The notes beneath the pieces were generated by a model. The model did no database searches, was not told the origin of the DNA, and saw nothing but the letters and a program-made list of their open reading frames with translations. Positions 19,642 to 29,203 of a DNA stretch of 51,068 nucleotides are shown piece after piece. The DNA lies in NCBI GenBank assembly GCA_016840085.1, contig JAEOTA010000049.1, positions 1 to 51,068 on the forward strand, in the 5' to 3' direction. The stretch is from Promethearchaeota archaeon. GTDB taxonomy: Archaea > Asgardarchaeota > Lokiarchaeia > Sigyniarchaeales > SOKP01. Made by a program: the position numbers and the translations under genes. Within the stretch, counting starts at the first letter, position 1; every line of letters begins with the position of its first letter.

Positions 19642-22511
19642 TAAATTGAATCACCGTTTCTTTTTATCATTAAATAATAATCTATATCTTCCTCTTCTGA
19701 AAGCAACAATTTATTGTATAACTCAGAAGATATTTTACTGATCTTTTTGTCTATTATTGCTATTATCTCATCAAAAAATTCGGGTGGAATTGGATTGGGA
19801 GTTAATAAAATTATTTGAACGTCCATTTCACTAAATAGTTTTAAAATAAAAGAATTGTTTAAAGGATCCAATGTAGGGGTAGGTTCATCTAATACATAAA
19901 AATTCGTTGAGATTTTTAAAGTCTTTTGGATGGCTAATAAATACGCTAGCATTATTAAAGCTTTCTGACCTCCCGAATGTCTTGATGAGACCTTACCTTT
20001 TGAATTAAAAAACTTTAAAAAGTTCTTATCTCCCGGCTTCTTCATTCTAATATCAATACCATAAAATGTGTCATTATCCATTATAATATCGGGTGTTTCT
20101 TCAATAACCTTTAATACTCTTTTGCGATCTTCAAAACGATATAATTTTCTTAAGACCTTTCCATCATAGTCTATCCCTCTCAGAATTTTAGAAAAATTTT
20201 TTTGAATATCTTTTAGTATTTTTTCTATAAATTCTTTGAATTCAATTTGGTATTTTTTCAAATAAATAATTTTATTGTTTAAATCTTCATCTGCTTTAAG
20301 TAGTTTCTTTAATATCGTATGATATGCATCATTTTTTAGCTCATATTCTTTAACTGCATCATAATTAATTATTCCTATTTCTTTTAATTCTATATTTAAT
20401 TCACTCAAAAACTCCTTTAGTATATTAATTTCTCTTGGTTCTAAAAATTTCAAAATAAGGTCTTTTTTCTCTTTTTCAAGTTGTTCTTTTTTATTATTTA
20501 GATTAGTGAAATCTTTTTGAAATTGATTTAATTTATTAAAAAAACTTTTAACTAACTCAGAATTTTGCTCTAATAGTAGTTCTTTTTTTGCTTTTTCCTC
20601 TGTAAGGTTTTTTATGATTTTATCACTTTTATCTATTTCACCCTTTAAATTTGATATTTCTAATTGTAACGTTTTAATCTGTTCATCTAATTCTTTCTGA
20701 AGTTTTAAGGAATCACTGATCTTCAATTTTAGATTGGATTCTTCCTTTATTGCTTCTAATTGATTGATTTGTTTTGAAATATCCTCAATTGTACGTTTTA
20801 TTCCCTTAAATTCTTTAGTCAATTCATTAATTTCATTCCTGCATGTCTTTTTATTAATTTTTAGTCGGTTTATGAGATCTTCACGATTTATAGTTAATGT
20901 CAGCGGATTCAACAAAAAATATTTTACAGAATTATGATAATTTATAATACCTTCATCTAACTTAATATCCTGATTGTTAAAATCATTAATAACATTTTCA
21001 AGGAATTTCATTACTGAATAAGACTTGGTTTTAAACGAAATATTATGAAATTGTAAGTTGCTTTGATACCCTACTTTTTGAATATCTTGATGTATTAAAA
21101 AATCATTAAAATGGTTATTTTTGGCTAGATCTATTGCTTCTTGAAATTCATCTTGAGTTCCATATACTACTATAGTCCATCTAAAAGTATTGATATTTGA
21201 TTCAAACATCCTTATATCTTCAGATTGAGGCAAAGTCAAGTTAATTGCTTTATTTAATGATAATGCATTAATTAGTAAATCTGATTTAATTCCTTTTTTT
21301 TCTAATATCTTTAAGAATTTTTGTGACTCTTCAGGACCAATGGATTTCCCCTTTTCTAATATTTTTAAATCCCTATCAAAAGATTTCATTAAATCCTTTT
21401 TTTTTTCTATTTTAGTGTTTAATGTGAGATATTGTTCTTCAAGATTTTCTTTTTTTCTTATTATTTGTTCTGGGTCAATCTTTTTTAATCTGTTGATCTC
21501 TTCTAGTTGTTTGGAATAATCTCTAAACGATTTTGTTTCTCTTTCCAAATTATTTTCTATTTTAAATAATTGTTTATTAAATTCCTTTTCATTGTTCCTA
21601 AGTTCTATATTATGATTTTCCATCTGTTGTAAAGAATTAAGAAGCAGGTCTAATGATTCTGATAATTCTTTGTTTTTAATTTTTATTTTATTGAACTTAT
21701 AAGTAGTCTCTTCAATTGATTTTTCATTTTCTCTAACTTCACGACATATATTTTTATACTGACTTGAAACTACTTCATCTTGTAATTGTTTAATTTTTAG
21801 ATTTAATTCTTGAAACTTTTTATCTTTATCATATTCTTTCTTTAAATTATCAACCTCTAATTTTAATTTGTTCATTTCTCCATATAACTGATCATATGAC
21901 TTTTGTGAATCATAATATGATTCTTGTGCATTATCCAAATTATCTCTAATTTCTTTAATGTCTAAAATATCCTCTAAAGCTTCTAAAAGACCAATTGGAC
22001 CTCTTTCTAATAAGGAAATTGTTTTGTTTTGCTCCAAAAATAGGAAAGGATTGTCAGGATTTATTGAACAATTGCTTAATGCTTCTCTTAATGCTTTCTT
22101 TTTCCAATTACGACCATTTACAAAGTATTTGACGGCACCAGATGGATTGATTATTGTTCTGATATTTATCTCATCCATCTCATTATCAATAATATAGAAT
22201 GGTCTTACTCCATCTTCCTTTTCATTATTAAGTATAATTTTAATTTCAGCATTTAGGTTTTTCTGCAATTCATCAGAATCAATATTTTCTTCTGTTTGTG
22301 GATAATGGATCACTCCATTTTCAGATCTTACCCCCATTTCTCTGGGTATATCTCCTGTTAATCCAATTTTTATAGCTAACCATAAAGAAGTTTTCCCCTT
22401 TCCATTATTTGCTATAACTTGTGTAAATCCTCCTCCAAATTCAAAATCTCTTGGACTTTCATCAAAAAGTCTAAAATTCTTTATTATTACTCTTTTAATT
22501 ATCTGTTTGAT
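19641..22511 (-). CDS. SMC-family ATPase, SMC5/6- or JetC-like (~956 aa, probable ATC/ATA/ATT start)
   Basis: The upstream in-frame extension contains IKNFRLF and Walker A ANNGKGKTS. Q-loop NPFLFLEQNK, long coiled coils around a central hinge-like region, signature SGGQK, Walker B/D-loop YVLDEPTPTLD. Confidence 0.9.
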   Translation of the reverse strand: MKQIIKRVIIKNFRLFDESPRDFEFGGGFTQVIANNGKGKTSLWLAIKIGLTGDIPREMGVRSENGVIHYPQTEENIDSDELQKNLNAEIKIILNNEKEDGVRPFYIIDNEMDEINIRTIINPSGAVKYFVNGRNWKKKALREALSNCSINPDNPFLFLEQNKTISLLERGPIGLLEALEDILDIKEIRDNLDNAQESYYDSQKSYDQLYGEMNKLKLEVDNLKKEYDKDKKFQELNLKIKQLQDEVVSSQYKNICREVRENEKSIEETTYKFNKIKIKNKELSESLDLLLNSLQQMENHNIELRNNEKEFNKQLFKIENNLERETKSFRDYSKQLEEINRLKKIDPEQIIRKKENLEEQYLTLNTKIEKKKDLMKSFDRDLKILEKGKSIGPEESQKFLKILEKKGIKSDLLINALSLNKAINLTLPQSEDIRMFESNINTFRWTIVVYGTQDEFQEAIDLAKNNHFNDFLIHQDIQKVGYQSNLQFHNISFKTKSYSVMKFLENVINDFNNQDIKLDEGIINYHNSVKYFLLNPLTLTINREDLINRLKINKKTCRNEINELTKEFKGIKRTIEDISKQINQLEAIKEESNLKLKISDSLKLQKELDEQIKTLQLEISNLKGEIDKSDKIIKNLTEEKAKKELLLEQNSELVKSFFNKLNQFQKDFTNLNNKKEQLEKEKKDLILKFLEPREINILKEFLSELNIELKEIGIINYDAVKEYELKNDAYHTILKKLLKADEDLNNKIIYLKKYQIEFKEFIEKILKDIQKNFSKILRGIDYDGKVLRKLYRFEDRKRVLKVIEETPDIIMDNDTFYGIDIRMKKPGDKNFLKFFNSKGKVSSRHSGGQKALIMLAYLLAIQKTLKISTNFYVLDEPTPTLDPLNNSFILKLFSEMDVQIILLTPNPIPPEFFDEIIAIIDKKISKISSELYNKLLLSEEEDIDYYLMIKRNGDSI

Positions 22512-23100
22512 TTATCTCACCTTTTTCATTTTTTAATTCACTCTCAACTTCTTCAATGTTTTTTATAAAAAATTCTGTAAAAGCTTTTAGTTCAGGACTG
22601 TTTTGTAATCGCCATCCTATATCTAGAAACTTTTTTCCTTGTATTCTTATAAAACCTAATTTCTCTAAACTTTCTAAATCTCTATTTGAATATTCAATCC
22701 CATATTTATCTTTTAATTCAATTCTTATTTTTTCTTTGGAAATCGGGTGATCTTTCCCTTCAGAAATGAAAATTGATAATATTCTCGATAAAATTTCTTT
22801 TTGATTCTTTGTAAGAACTTGAAATTTCTTAGTTAAATTGTAATTATTCAATTGAATGAAAAAATCATTACTAGGAACGATGTAGGCTATATTTTGAATT
22901 GCATTTTCTCTTAACTCAATTCCAAGATTAATTAATAATTTTCTTGCTTCCTCTAGAAGTGTTATATTATCTGATCCAAAAATATTAGCAAAAATTGCGA
23001 TAGGGATTCCTTTACCTCCACTGAAGATTAAACATCTAATAATAAATTTTAAATCCTCTCCAATTACTTCATTATTAAAATTATTAATTTTACATTTCAC
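22495..23100 (-). CDS. Tandem winged-helix KITE-like subunit (JetB/MksE/ScpB/Nse1-3-like)
   Basis: About 200 aa with a C-terminal wH pattern (LESLEKLGFIRIQG...IGWR). Overlaps both neighbours and lies directly upstream of the SMC gene. Confidence 0.55.
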   Translation of the reverse strand: MKCKINNFNNEVIGEDLKFIIRCLIFSGGKGIPIAIFANIFGSDNITLLEEARKLLINLGIELRENAIQNIAYIVPSNDFFIQLNNYNLTKKFQVLTKNQKEILSRILSIFISEGKDHPISKEKIRIELKDKYGIEYSNRDLESLEKLGFIRIQGKKFLDIGWRLQNSPELKAFTEFFIKNIEEVESELKNEKGEINQTDN

Positions 23101-24517
23101 CCTTCTGAAGATATATAATACTTTCTTTTATCTTAAAATTTTTCAATTCTTTTGATTTTCGCAAGGGAATACAATTGATTTTATATTTATCGATAATTGT
23201 TGGGATACAAGAGACGAGATCTCCTGTGGTATTCCAATTTAAATTCCAATCTTTAATAATATTTGATAAATAAACTTGACCTTTTTCCAACTTATAAATT
23301 CTTTTCGCGAAAATTTTATAGGAAGGAATAAACTTTTCAATAGTTTCTGAAGCTTCTAACAATGATAAATTTTGGGTTTGGATTGAATTTTCATAATTTT
23401 CAGGAGGTTCTTTATTCTCAGAATCATTTTCACCTAAAACTTGAATCATCTCTGATGATGAAGCAGGCAGTATCGAAGTAGAAGCAAAATGATCAAAAAA
23501 ATTTTCTAACTGCATCCAATTATTACCTTTAAAAAGATTTAAACAAGATTTCATTCTTTTTGAATAGAAACCTCGTTCTATTAAAGATAAATTTTGTTTC
23601 ATCAAGAATTTTGAAGCTTCATGAAATCTTGAAAATTCATATGAAAGTTTTGATTTGGTCTTGAGAAGAATTTGCTGAATATGTGGTTGGTCTTCATACT
23701 TTTCTGTAATAATATCAAATTCTTTAATAATTTGATCAAATTTATCTATATAATCCAACCAATCTAAAACTTCTTCTTTCTCTATACTATCTCTTACTAT
23801 TCCTTGTATCAAAAATCCCAGTTGTTGAACGTGTTGATAAGACCTAATATCTAATCCTTTTTCCTCATAAACAGCATGCATCAGAATAGCACGTGATATC
23901 TGTTCTAGAAGATCGGGTTGTAAATCTTGTTCTAATCGTAATATAGCTGCGAAAAAAGTTGTACCAAATTTTGTTAAATGATACCTTATACCATTTCTTC
24001 TTATTAATCCGTAAACTTTTAATTTATACAAATCAGTCTTTAGATTTTTAGTAGAGTCTCCAAGTAAGTGAGAAAGTTTATCTTCTAATTGTGATCTTGT
24101 AAAAAAAGAATCAACATTCTGTTGAAATATATTCAAAATATTATAATAACGGAAATATGTACTCCTATTAGATACTAATCTAAATATTCCAAAAAGTCGT
24201 TCTAAATTTGCTGGTAGTTTTGAATAAATATTATATTTCTCTGTTAAAATCATGAAATTTTCAAATATATCTTTAGATCGTTCTAGGACTTCATGATATT
24301 CTTTTAAAAATTGTACAAAATTTGATGAAAAATTGAAACTTGATCTTAATTCTTCATGTTTATTTATTAAATATTGATAGAATTCTCTAGTTATCTTTTC
24401 CTTTTTTTGTGGAGACTGCTCCATTTCAATAAATTCAGCAAACAATATATTGAATTTTTTAAAAAAAAGATCAAAAATAATTTTAAGTTCACGATTAGTT
24501 ATAGCATTCTTAGTCAT
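23090..24517 (-). CDS. Kleisin-like subunit (JetA/MksF-like)
   Basis: wH segment (FFTRSQLEDKL...LYKLKVYGLI...YHLTKFG), helical bundle, acidic linker and short C-terminal domain. First gene of the SMC operon. Confidence 0.5.
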   Translation of the reverse strand: MTKNAITNRELKIIFDLFFKKFNILFAEFIEMEQSPQKKEKITREFYQYLINKHEELRSSFNFSSNFVQFLKEYHEVLERSKDIFENFMILTEKYNIYSKLPANLERLFGIFRLVSNRSTYFRYYNILNIFQQNVDSFFTRSQLEDKLSHLLGDSTKNLKTDLYKLKVYGLIRRNGIRYHLTKFGTTFFAAILRLEQDLQPDLLEQISRAILMHAVYEEKGLDIRSYQHVQQLGFLIQGIVRDSIEKEEVLDWLDYIDKFDQIIKEFDIITEKYEDQPHIQQILLKTKSKLSYEFSRFHEASKFLMKQNLSLIERGFYSKRMKSCLNLFKGNNWMQLENFFDHFASTSILPASSSEMIQVLGENDSENKEPPENYENSIQTQNLSLLEASETIEKFIPSYKIFAKRIYKLEKGQVYLSNIIKDWNLNWNTTGDLVSCIPTIIDKYKINCIPLRKSKELKNFKIKESIIYLQKGEM

Positions 24518-25244
24518 TCAGTGTACTCACATTTGGTAAAAATTAACTGATTTGTATAGGATTTTAAATCTATATAAATAATAATAGATATTAAATTTAT
24601 AAATGTAGATAAGAAAGGTCTAATAATACCACTAAATCATTAATATATTTTCAAAGATTAAGCATTAATTTAAAATCAAAATTAATTTTAAAACAATTTT
24701 AAAAATTTAAATTTTTACTAAAAAAAAATTACTAAATGAATGAATAGAAAAATAATTTTACTAAAAATATGATTTATTAATTATAAGAGAATCAATAGTG
24801 TACATAAAGCCTAATGTGGTTTGCAAAAAATAATAATTGTTTAATTATAAAATATTAAAAAAATAATTTTTCTTTATTTTTTTAAAAAAGTGAATAATTT
24901 GGCAAAGAGAACCAATTTTTTTAGATACAAAATCAATTTAAAATCTACTTTTGCATAGAAAAATTATATATTTATAAATACAAAAACATAATAGATATTT
25001 AAGAAGGATGGATAACTTAGTAATTAGGAAAATTACCGCTTCCATTTAAAGGTTATCTATAGGTTTGATAATTTCAATTTCATCCATCAACGATGTGAAA
25101 ATGAAATTTATTTCAATTTATTACACTATTTCAATTAAATAAAGGAAAATCATAAATCTAATAACAAATAGGAATGAAATTTTAAAAAATCACTAAATTG
25201 GAAAGAACTAACAATTATTAGATATAATTACATGATGTATTATT

Positions 25245-27122
25245 ATGATTGAAAAGAAAAGGGATGGAATTAAAGATAAAACTAATTATATGGAGTATGT
25301 AGGTTCAAAAAATCCAAATAATTTTAAGGCTGTTAGGAATAACGATCTTTCATGTGATAGGTTTACAATTCAGAGATATCCTTGTGAAATATCAGAGGAA
25401 TTTAAATATGTTAGCGAAAATCAGAATAATGATGAAAAATATGATAAACCCTTTATGTCTAGAGATTCAAGAATAGACCGCAATAATTGTAAATATAATT
25501 CTTTATATGATGAAAATGTCCAGTTTAATAATTTAAAAGCAACATATCTAAAACTAAACGAAATTGGTGTTTTTCCTATTCGTAAATTCTGTGAAGAAGA
25601 TGTTAAATATTGGAAAATTTTATTTGAAAGCTATGGTAATTTTTCTAAAGTTGTCAAAAAATTTAGAGAACAGACTGGGAAAGTTGTCTCAGATTTTACA
25701 GTTAGGCGAAGACTAAAAGATCTTCTTACTCATAATTATGAAAACTGGGTTAAAAAATATCAATTATCTGGTAAATATTCATGGGAAGATGCTCGTTTAT
25801 GGAAGCAACTTTATGAATCATTGCATTCTTTTAAAAAAGTTGAGATTTTTATTAAAGAGAATGTCGATCCAAATGGACCATTTGAGAAGACAATTAGGGA
25901 GTATCTAAAAAAATACTTTAAGCTTATCTTAGGAGGAAATTATAATAAATGGCTAGAAAGATATCATAAAACTGAACCTTACAAATATAATGAAGAAGAT
26001 TATATTTATTGGAAAAAATTATATGAAAAATTAGGAAGTTTAAAAGGTGTAAAAGAACATTTAGTTAAGGAGTTAATTGATGGTGCTCCTGATCATTCTA
26101 CAATCAGAAATGGGTTGAGATCAATTTTAGGAAAGGAATATGAAATTTGGAAGAAAAAATTTTCAGAAAAACCATTTACAGAAAAAGAAATAATCGGTTG
26201 GAAAACTATATATGAAAAAGAGGGTTCTATTGGAAAGGTTTCAGAATTAACTGGTCATGATGTTAAAGCTATTAAGAAGCATTTCGGTAGGCTAATGGGA
26301 AAAGATTTTAATTGCTGGTATGACAAATACTATATCCATCATTCCACGATCTATACAGATTCTGATGTTTCTGATTGGAAATCTTTATTTGAAGAATTAG
26401 GGAGTTATCCTGCTGTAAGTAATGAAATTAGAGATATATTAGGGATTAATATTAGACCAAGCGTAATTCGAAGAAGAGTAAAAAAATATCTAGAAACAAA
26501 ATGCATAAATTATAATAATTGGTTAAATGAGTTTTCTCTGAGTGATAATATTGTAGATATTGGAAAGAAAATTCATCAGATAATTGAATATTATTTCATG
26601 TTAAACTTTAATAACACTGATATTTTTGCATTCTATGAAATAACACCATCTATAAATGCTGGACTTTCTAGAATTGATAATTCCATAATATATCCAAAAT
26701 CTATAGGAAAAAAAGTTTTTAATAAATTAATTATAAATATTGATTACTTATTCTCAACTAATCTTGCTCGATTATATCCTAAAATGTATAAGGGTTATCA
26801 TAGTGAAGATATGCTTTTATTAATTGTTATGCTTATTGATAAACCAAAAAATTATTCAATTCCCTTAGATGTGCCGTATAAAGAGAATATCAAATTAATT
26901 GATGTCAATACCTTCTTGAAAATTTTCGATTTTGAAGATTCTTTAAAAGAAAATTTTTTTTATGCTATTAGGTTGGCTAAAAAGGGCCCCTATAGTCTAA
27001 GTGCATTTAATGAATTAAAGGAAATAGCAAATTCCGCAAAAATAGAATTAAAACTCAATTTTGGTAATAGAAAAGACCAACAGTTAAGTTATAGCGATAT
27101 AATGAAAAAATATTCAATTTAA
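25245..27122 (+). CDS. Protein with five tandem HTH-like repeats and a C-terminal restriction-endonuclease-like domain
   Basis: Repeat consensus (Y/F)xxxDxxxWKxL(Y/F)ExxGS...V...IR......W occurs five times. The C-terminus reads GKKIHQIIE...E...RID...IDY...K..KGY. Confidence 0.6.
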   Translation: MIEKKRDGIKDKTNYMEYVGSKNPNNFKAVRNNDLSCDRFTIQRYPCEISEEFKYVSENQNNDEKYDKPFMSRDSRIDRNNCKYNSLYDENVQFNNLKATYLKLNEIGVFPIRKFCEEDVKYWKILFESYGNFSKVVKKFREQTGKVVSDFTVRRRLKDLLTHNYENWVKKYQLSGKYSWEDARLWKQLYESLHSFKKVEIFIKENVDPNGPFEKTIREYLKKYFKLILGGNYNKWLERYHKTEPYKYNEEDYIYWKKLYEKLGSLKGVKEHLVKELIDGAPDHSTIRNGLRSILGKEYEIWKKKFSEKPFTEKEIIGWKTIYEKEGSIGKVSELTGHDVKAIKKHFGRLMGKDFNCWYDKYYIHHSTIYTDSDVSDWKSLFEELGSYPAVSNEIRDILGINIRPSVIRRRVKKYLETKCINYNNWLNEFSLSDNIVDIGKKIHQIIEYYFMLNFNNTDIFAFYEITPSINAGLSRIDNSIIYPKSIGKKVFNKLIINIDYLFSTNLARLYPKMYKGYHSEDMLLLIVMLIDKPKNYSIPLDVPYKENIKLIDVNTFLKIFDFEDSLKENFFYAIRLAKKGPYSLSAFNELKEIANSAKIELKLNFGNRKDQQLSYSDIMKKYSI

Positions 27123-27335
27123 GAAATTATTATAGATTCTTTATCTTATTTTTTAATAAATTTTGCAAATAAAAAATTTACATATCACTAAAAATTTAGT
27201 TAAATCATCTTAAAATTTCATTTCAAATATAAAATATTTACAGATAATAAATTAAAACCTTGTTATTGAATGGAAAAAAATATTTGTTAACCTTCTTTTT
27301 AGAATTTAGTTTGTAATTAAAATAAATCAAGTGAT

Positions 27336-28685
27336 TTGATGTCAAAGAAGTTTTCGAAAGAACCCATTAGAGGTATGGACGATTATTACCCCGGTGATTT
27401 AAGAGAAGTAAATTGGATAATTGAAACGATAAGGGATGTAGTAGAAAGATATGGCTATGAAGAATATATGACCCCACAAATAGAACCTGTTGAAATTTTT
27501 GCAGCGAAATCTTCGGATGAATTAGTTAATGAACAATCATTTATTGTTGAGAAACAAGAAGGAGAAAGACTTATTTTGATACCAGAACTTACACCGTCCT
27601 TAGCTAGGATGGTTGCAAAAAAAAGTCAAGAATTAAAAAAACCTATCCGTTGGTTTTCTGTTCCAACTTGCTTTAGATACGAACGCCCCCAACGTGGGCG
27701 CCGACGGGCCTTTTTTCAACCGAACGTTGATATCTTAGGTGAGGAAAGCCTTTATGCGGATCTCGAAATATTTAACATAGTTGTGGATATATTTACTGAA
27801 TTTGGAGCTACAGCAGAACAATTTCAGATTTATTATAATAGTAGACGATTCATGGATTCAATTAGTAATTATTTGCTTGAAATAGACAAAAATAAGATTC
27901 CTTTAGTTTATAAGGCTTTAGATAAGTCAGATAAAATGGATGAGGGAGAATTTGAAAAATACTTAATTGATACATTTCAAGATGAGATAATCATCCAAGG
28001 AATTTTTAAATTAAAAGATGCCAAAAGTGTTGATGAATTATTAAGGAAATTTGATAATATCCCAGAAGAATTTTATAAATCTGAAGGATATCTAGAAATA
28101 ACTAATTTTACCAGACTATTAAAAGAAGCAAATCTTTCAAATTATTGTAATTTTTCTTCTGGGACAGTAAGAGGACTGGATTATTATACAGGAATAATTT
28201 ACGAAGTATTTGATACTGGAAAAGAAAATATTCGTTCAATCTTTGGAGGCGGAAGGTATGATGACCTTTTATCCTTGTTCTCAGATGATATAATAACTGG
28301 TACAGGATTTGGTATGGGAGTTTATACACTTTCTTTATTTTTAAAAACTTACAACTTAATTCCAGAAGAAATTCGAGAAAAAGATTATACTGACACAATT
28401 TATATCGCATCTATTAATGAAGAAGTTTCTAGTTATACCTTCAAAATAGCTAGAATTGTTCGCAATGAAGATTTTCCATGCTTAATTGATTACCGATTCA
28501 AAAACTTAAAAAACCAATTAAGTAGAGCAAATGAACTCGGTGTATTAATCACATTAATAATAGGACCGAAAGAAATGAACGAAAAGGAAGTTACTATTAG
28601 AAATATGAAGACTGAAGAGCAAAAAACCATTAAAAGAGATAATCTTATAGAAGAGATTTATAATATTATAGAAGAGTTTGGATAG
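27336..28685 (+). CDS. hisS: Histidine--tRNA ligase (start may be ATG 27339)
   Basis: RGMDD, PELTPSLAR, FRYERPQRGRRRAFFQ, VRGLDYYTG, GGGRYD, anticodon-binding domain. Confidence 0.97.
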   Translation: MMSKKFSKEPIRGMDDYYPGDLREVNWIIETIRDVVERYGYEEYMTPQIEPVEIFAAKSSDELVNEQSFIVEKQEGERLILIPELTPSLARMVAKKSQELKKPIRWFSVPTCFRYERPQRGRRRAFFQPNVDILGEESLYADLEIFNIVVDIFTEFGATAEQFQIYYNSRRFMDSISNYLLEIDKNKIPLVYKALDKSDKMDEGEFEKYLIDTFQDEIIIQGIFKLKDAKSVDELLRKFDNIPEEFYKSEGYLEITNFTRLLKEANLSNYCNFSSGTVRGLDYYTGIIYEVFDTGKENIRSIFGGGRYDDLLSLFSDDIITGTGFGMGVYTLSLFLKTYNLIPEEIREKDYTDTIYIASINEEVSSYTFKIARIVRNEDFPCLIDYRFKNLKNQLSRANELGVLITLIIGPKEMNEKEVTIRNMKTEEQKTIKRDNLIEEIYNIIEEFG

Positions 28686-28724
28686 TAAAAAGGAATATAT
28701 TTTTTTAGCTATTTTGGTTATAAT

Positions 28725-28869
28725 TGTAACTTTCGATAATAAATGAGACTTAAAGCCTTAATTTTTTAATAGCTTATGCTAATTTTAAATCTTTGTTTTC
28801 AGAAATAAATGAGAAAATTTTCAGAAATAAATGAGAAAAAGTTCTCACTTTGCAAGAATAAATGAGAAA
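28725..28869 (+). repeat. hisS-proximal transposon end with four ~20-bp putative transposase-binding sites
   Basis: TTTCGATAATAAATGAGACT (28731), TTTCAGAAATAAATGAGAAA (28797 and 28819), TTGCAAGAATAAATGAGAAA (28850). Confidence 0.85.
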
Positions 28870-29203
28870 AATGTGTTCAGTTAGGTAAAGAAGATGAATT
28901 AGGAAAGTCAGAAAAGTATAAAATTGGTATAGGATTAAATTGTATTTCAATATAAACATGCAGGTTATTTTCTGATTATTTATCTTGATTTCTATTATTT
29001 GATTACTAATTTTTGATTTTTTATTTTCATAATATGATAAAGAAATTATATTTAAAGTTATTTTAAAGCAAAAAGTTTTAATAAATAAGCAGATCTTTCC
29101 CCGTTTTTCCCGATACTTGGTTTCTTAAGCAATTGTGTCTTCTTTAGTGCAAATTAATAAGATTTATTATAAAATTACAGTCAATGGATTAATGAAAGCT
29201 ATA

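Larger units (their letters stand above)
18118..27640. mobile_element. Genomic island integrated in hisS, apparently supplying a replacement hisS 5' end (boundaries approximate)
   Basis: Flanked by two diverged copies of the hisS 5' region. The contents are accessory genes and no integrase is seen. Confidence 0.65.

Noticed and set aside
19641-22511. Housekeeping Rad50 or condensin Smc
   Set aside because: No CxxC zinc hook and no adjacent Mre11. It is shorter than canonical Smc and sits in an accessory island with its own partner genes.
28797-28869. Short direct repeats resembling a mini-CRISPR or iterons
   Set aside because: There are no unique spacers of regular length, and the same motif occurs inverted at 42790-42852, so they are better explained as transposon end sites.
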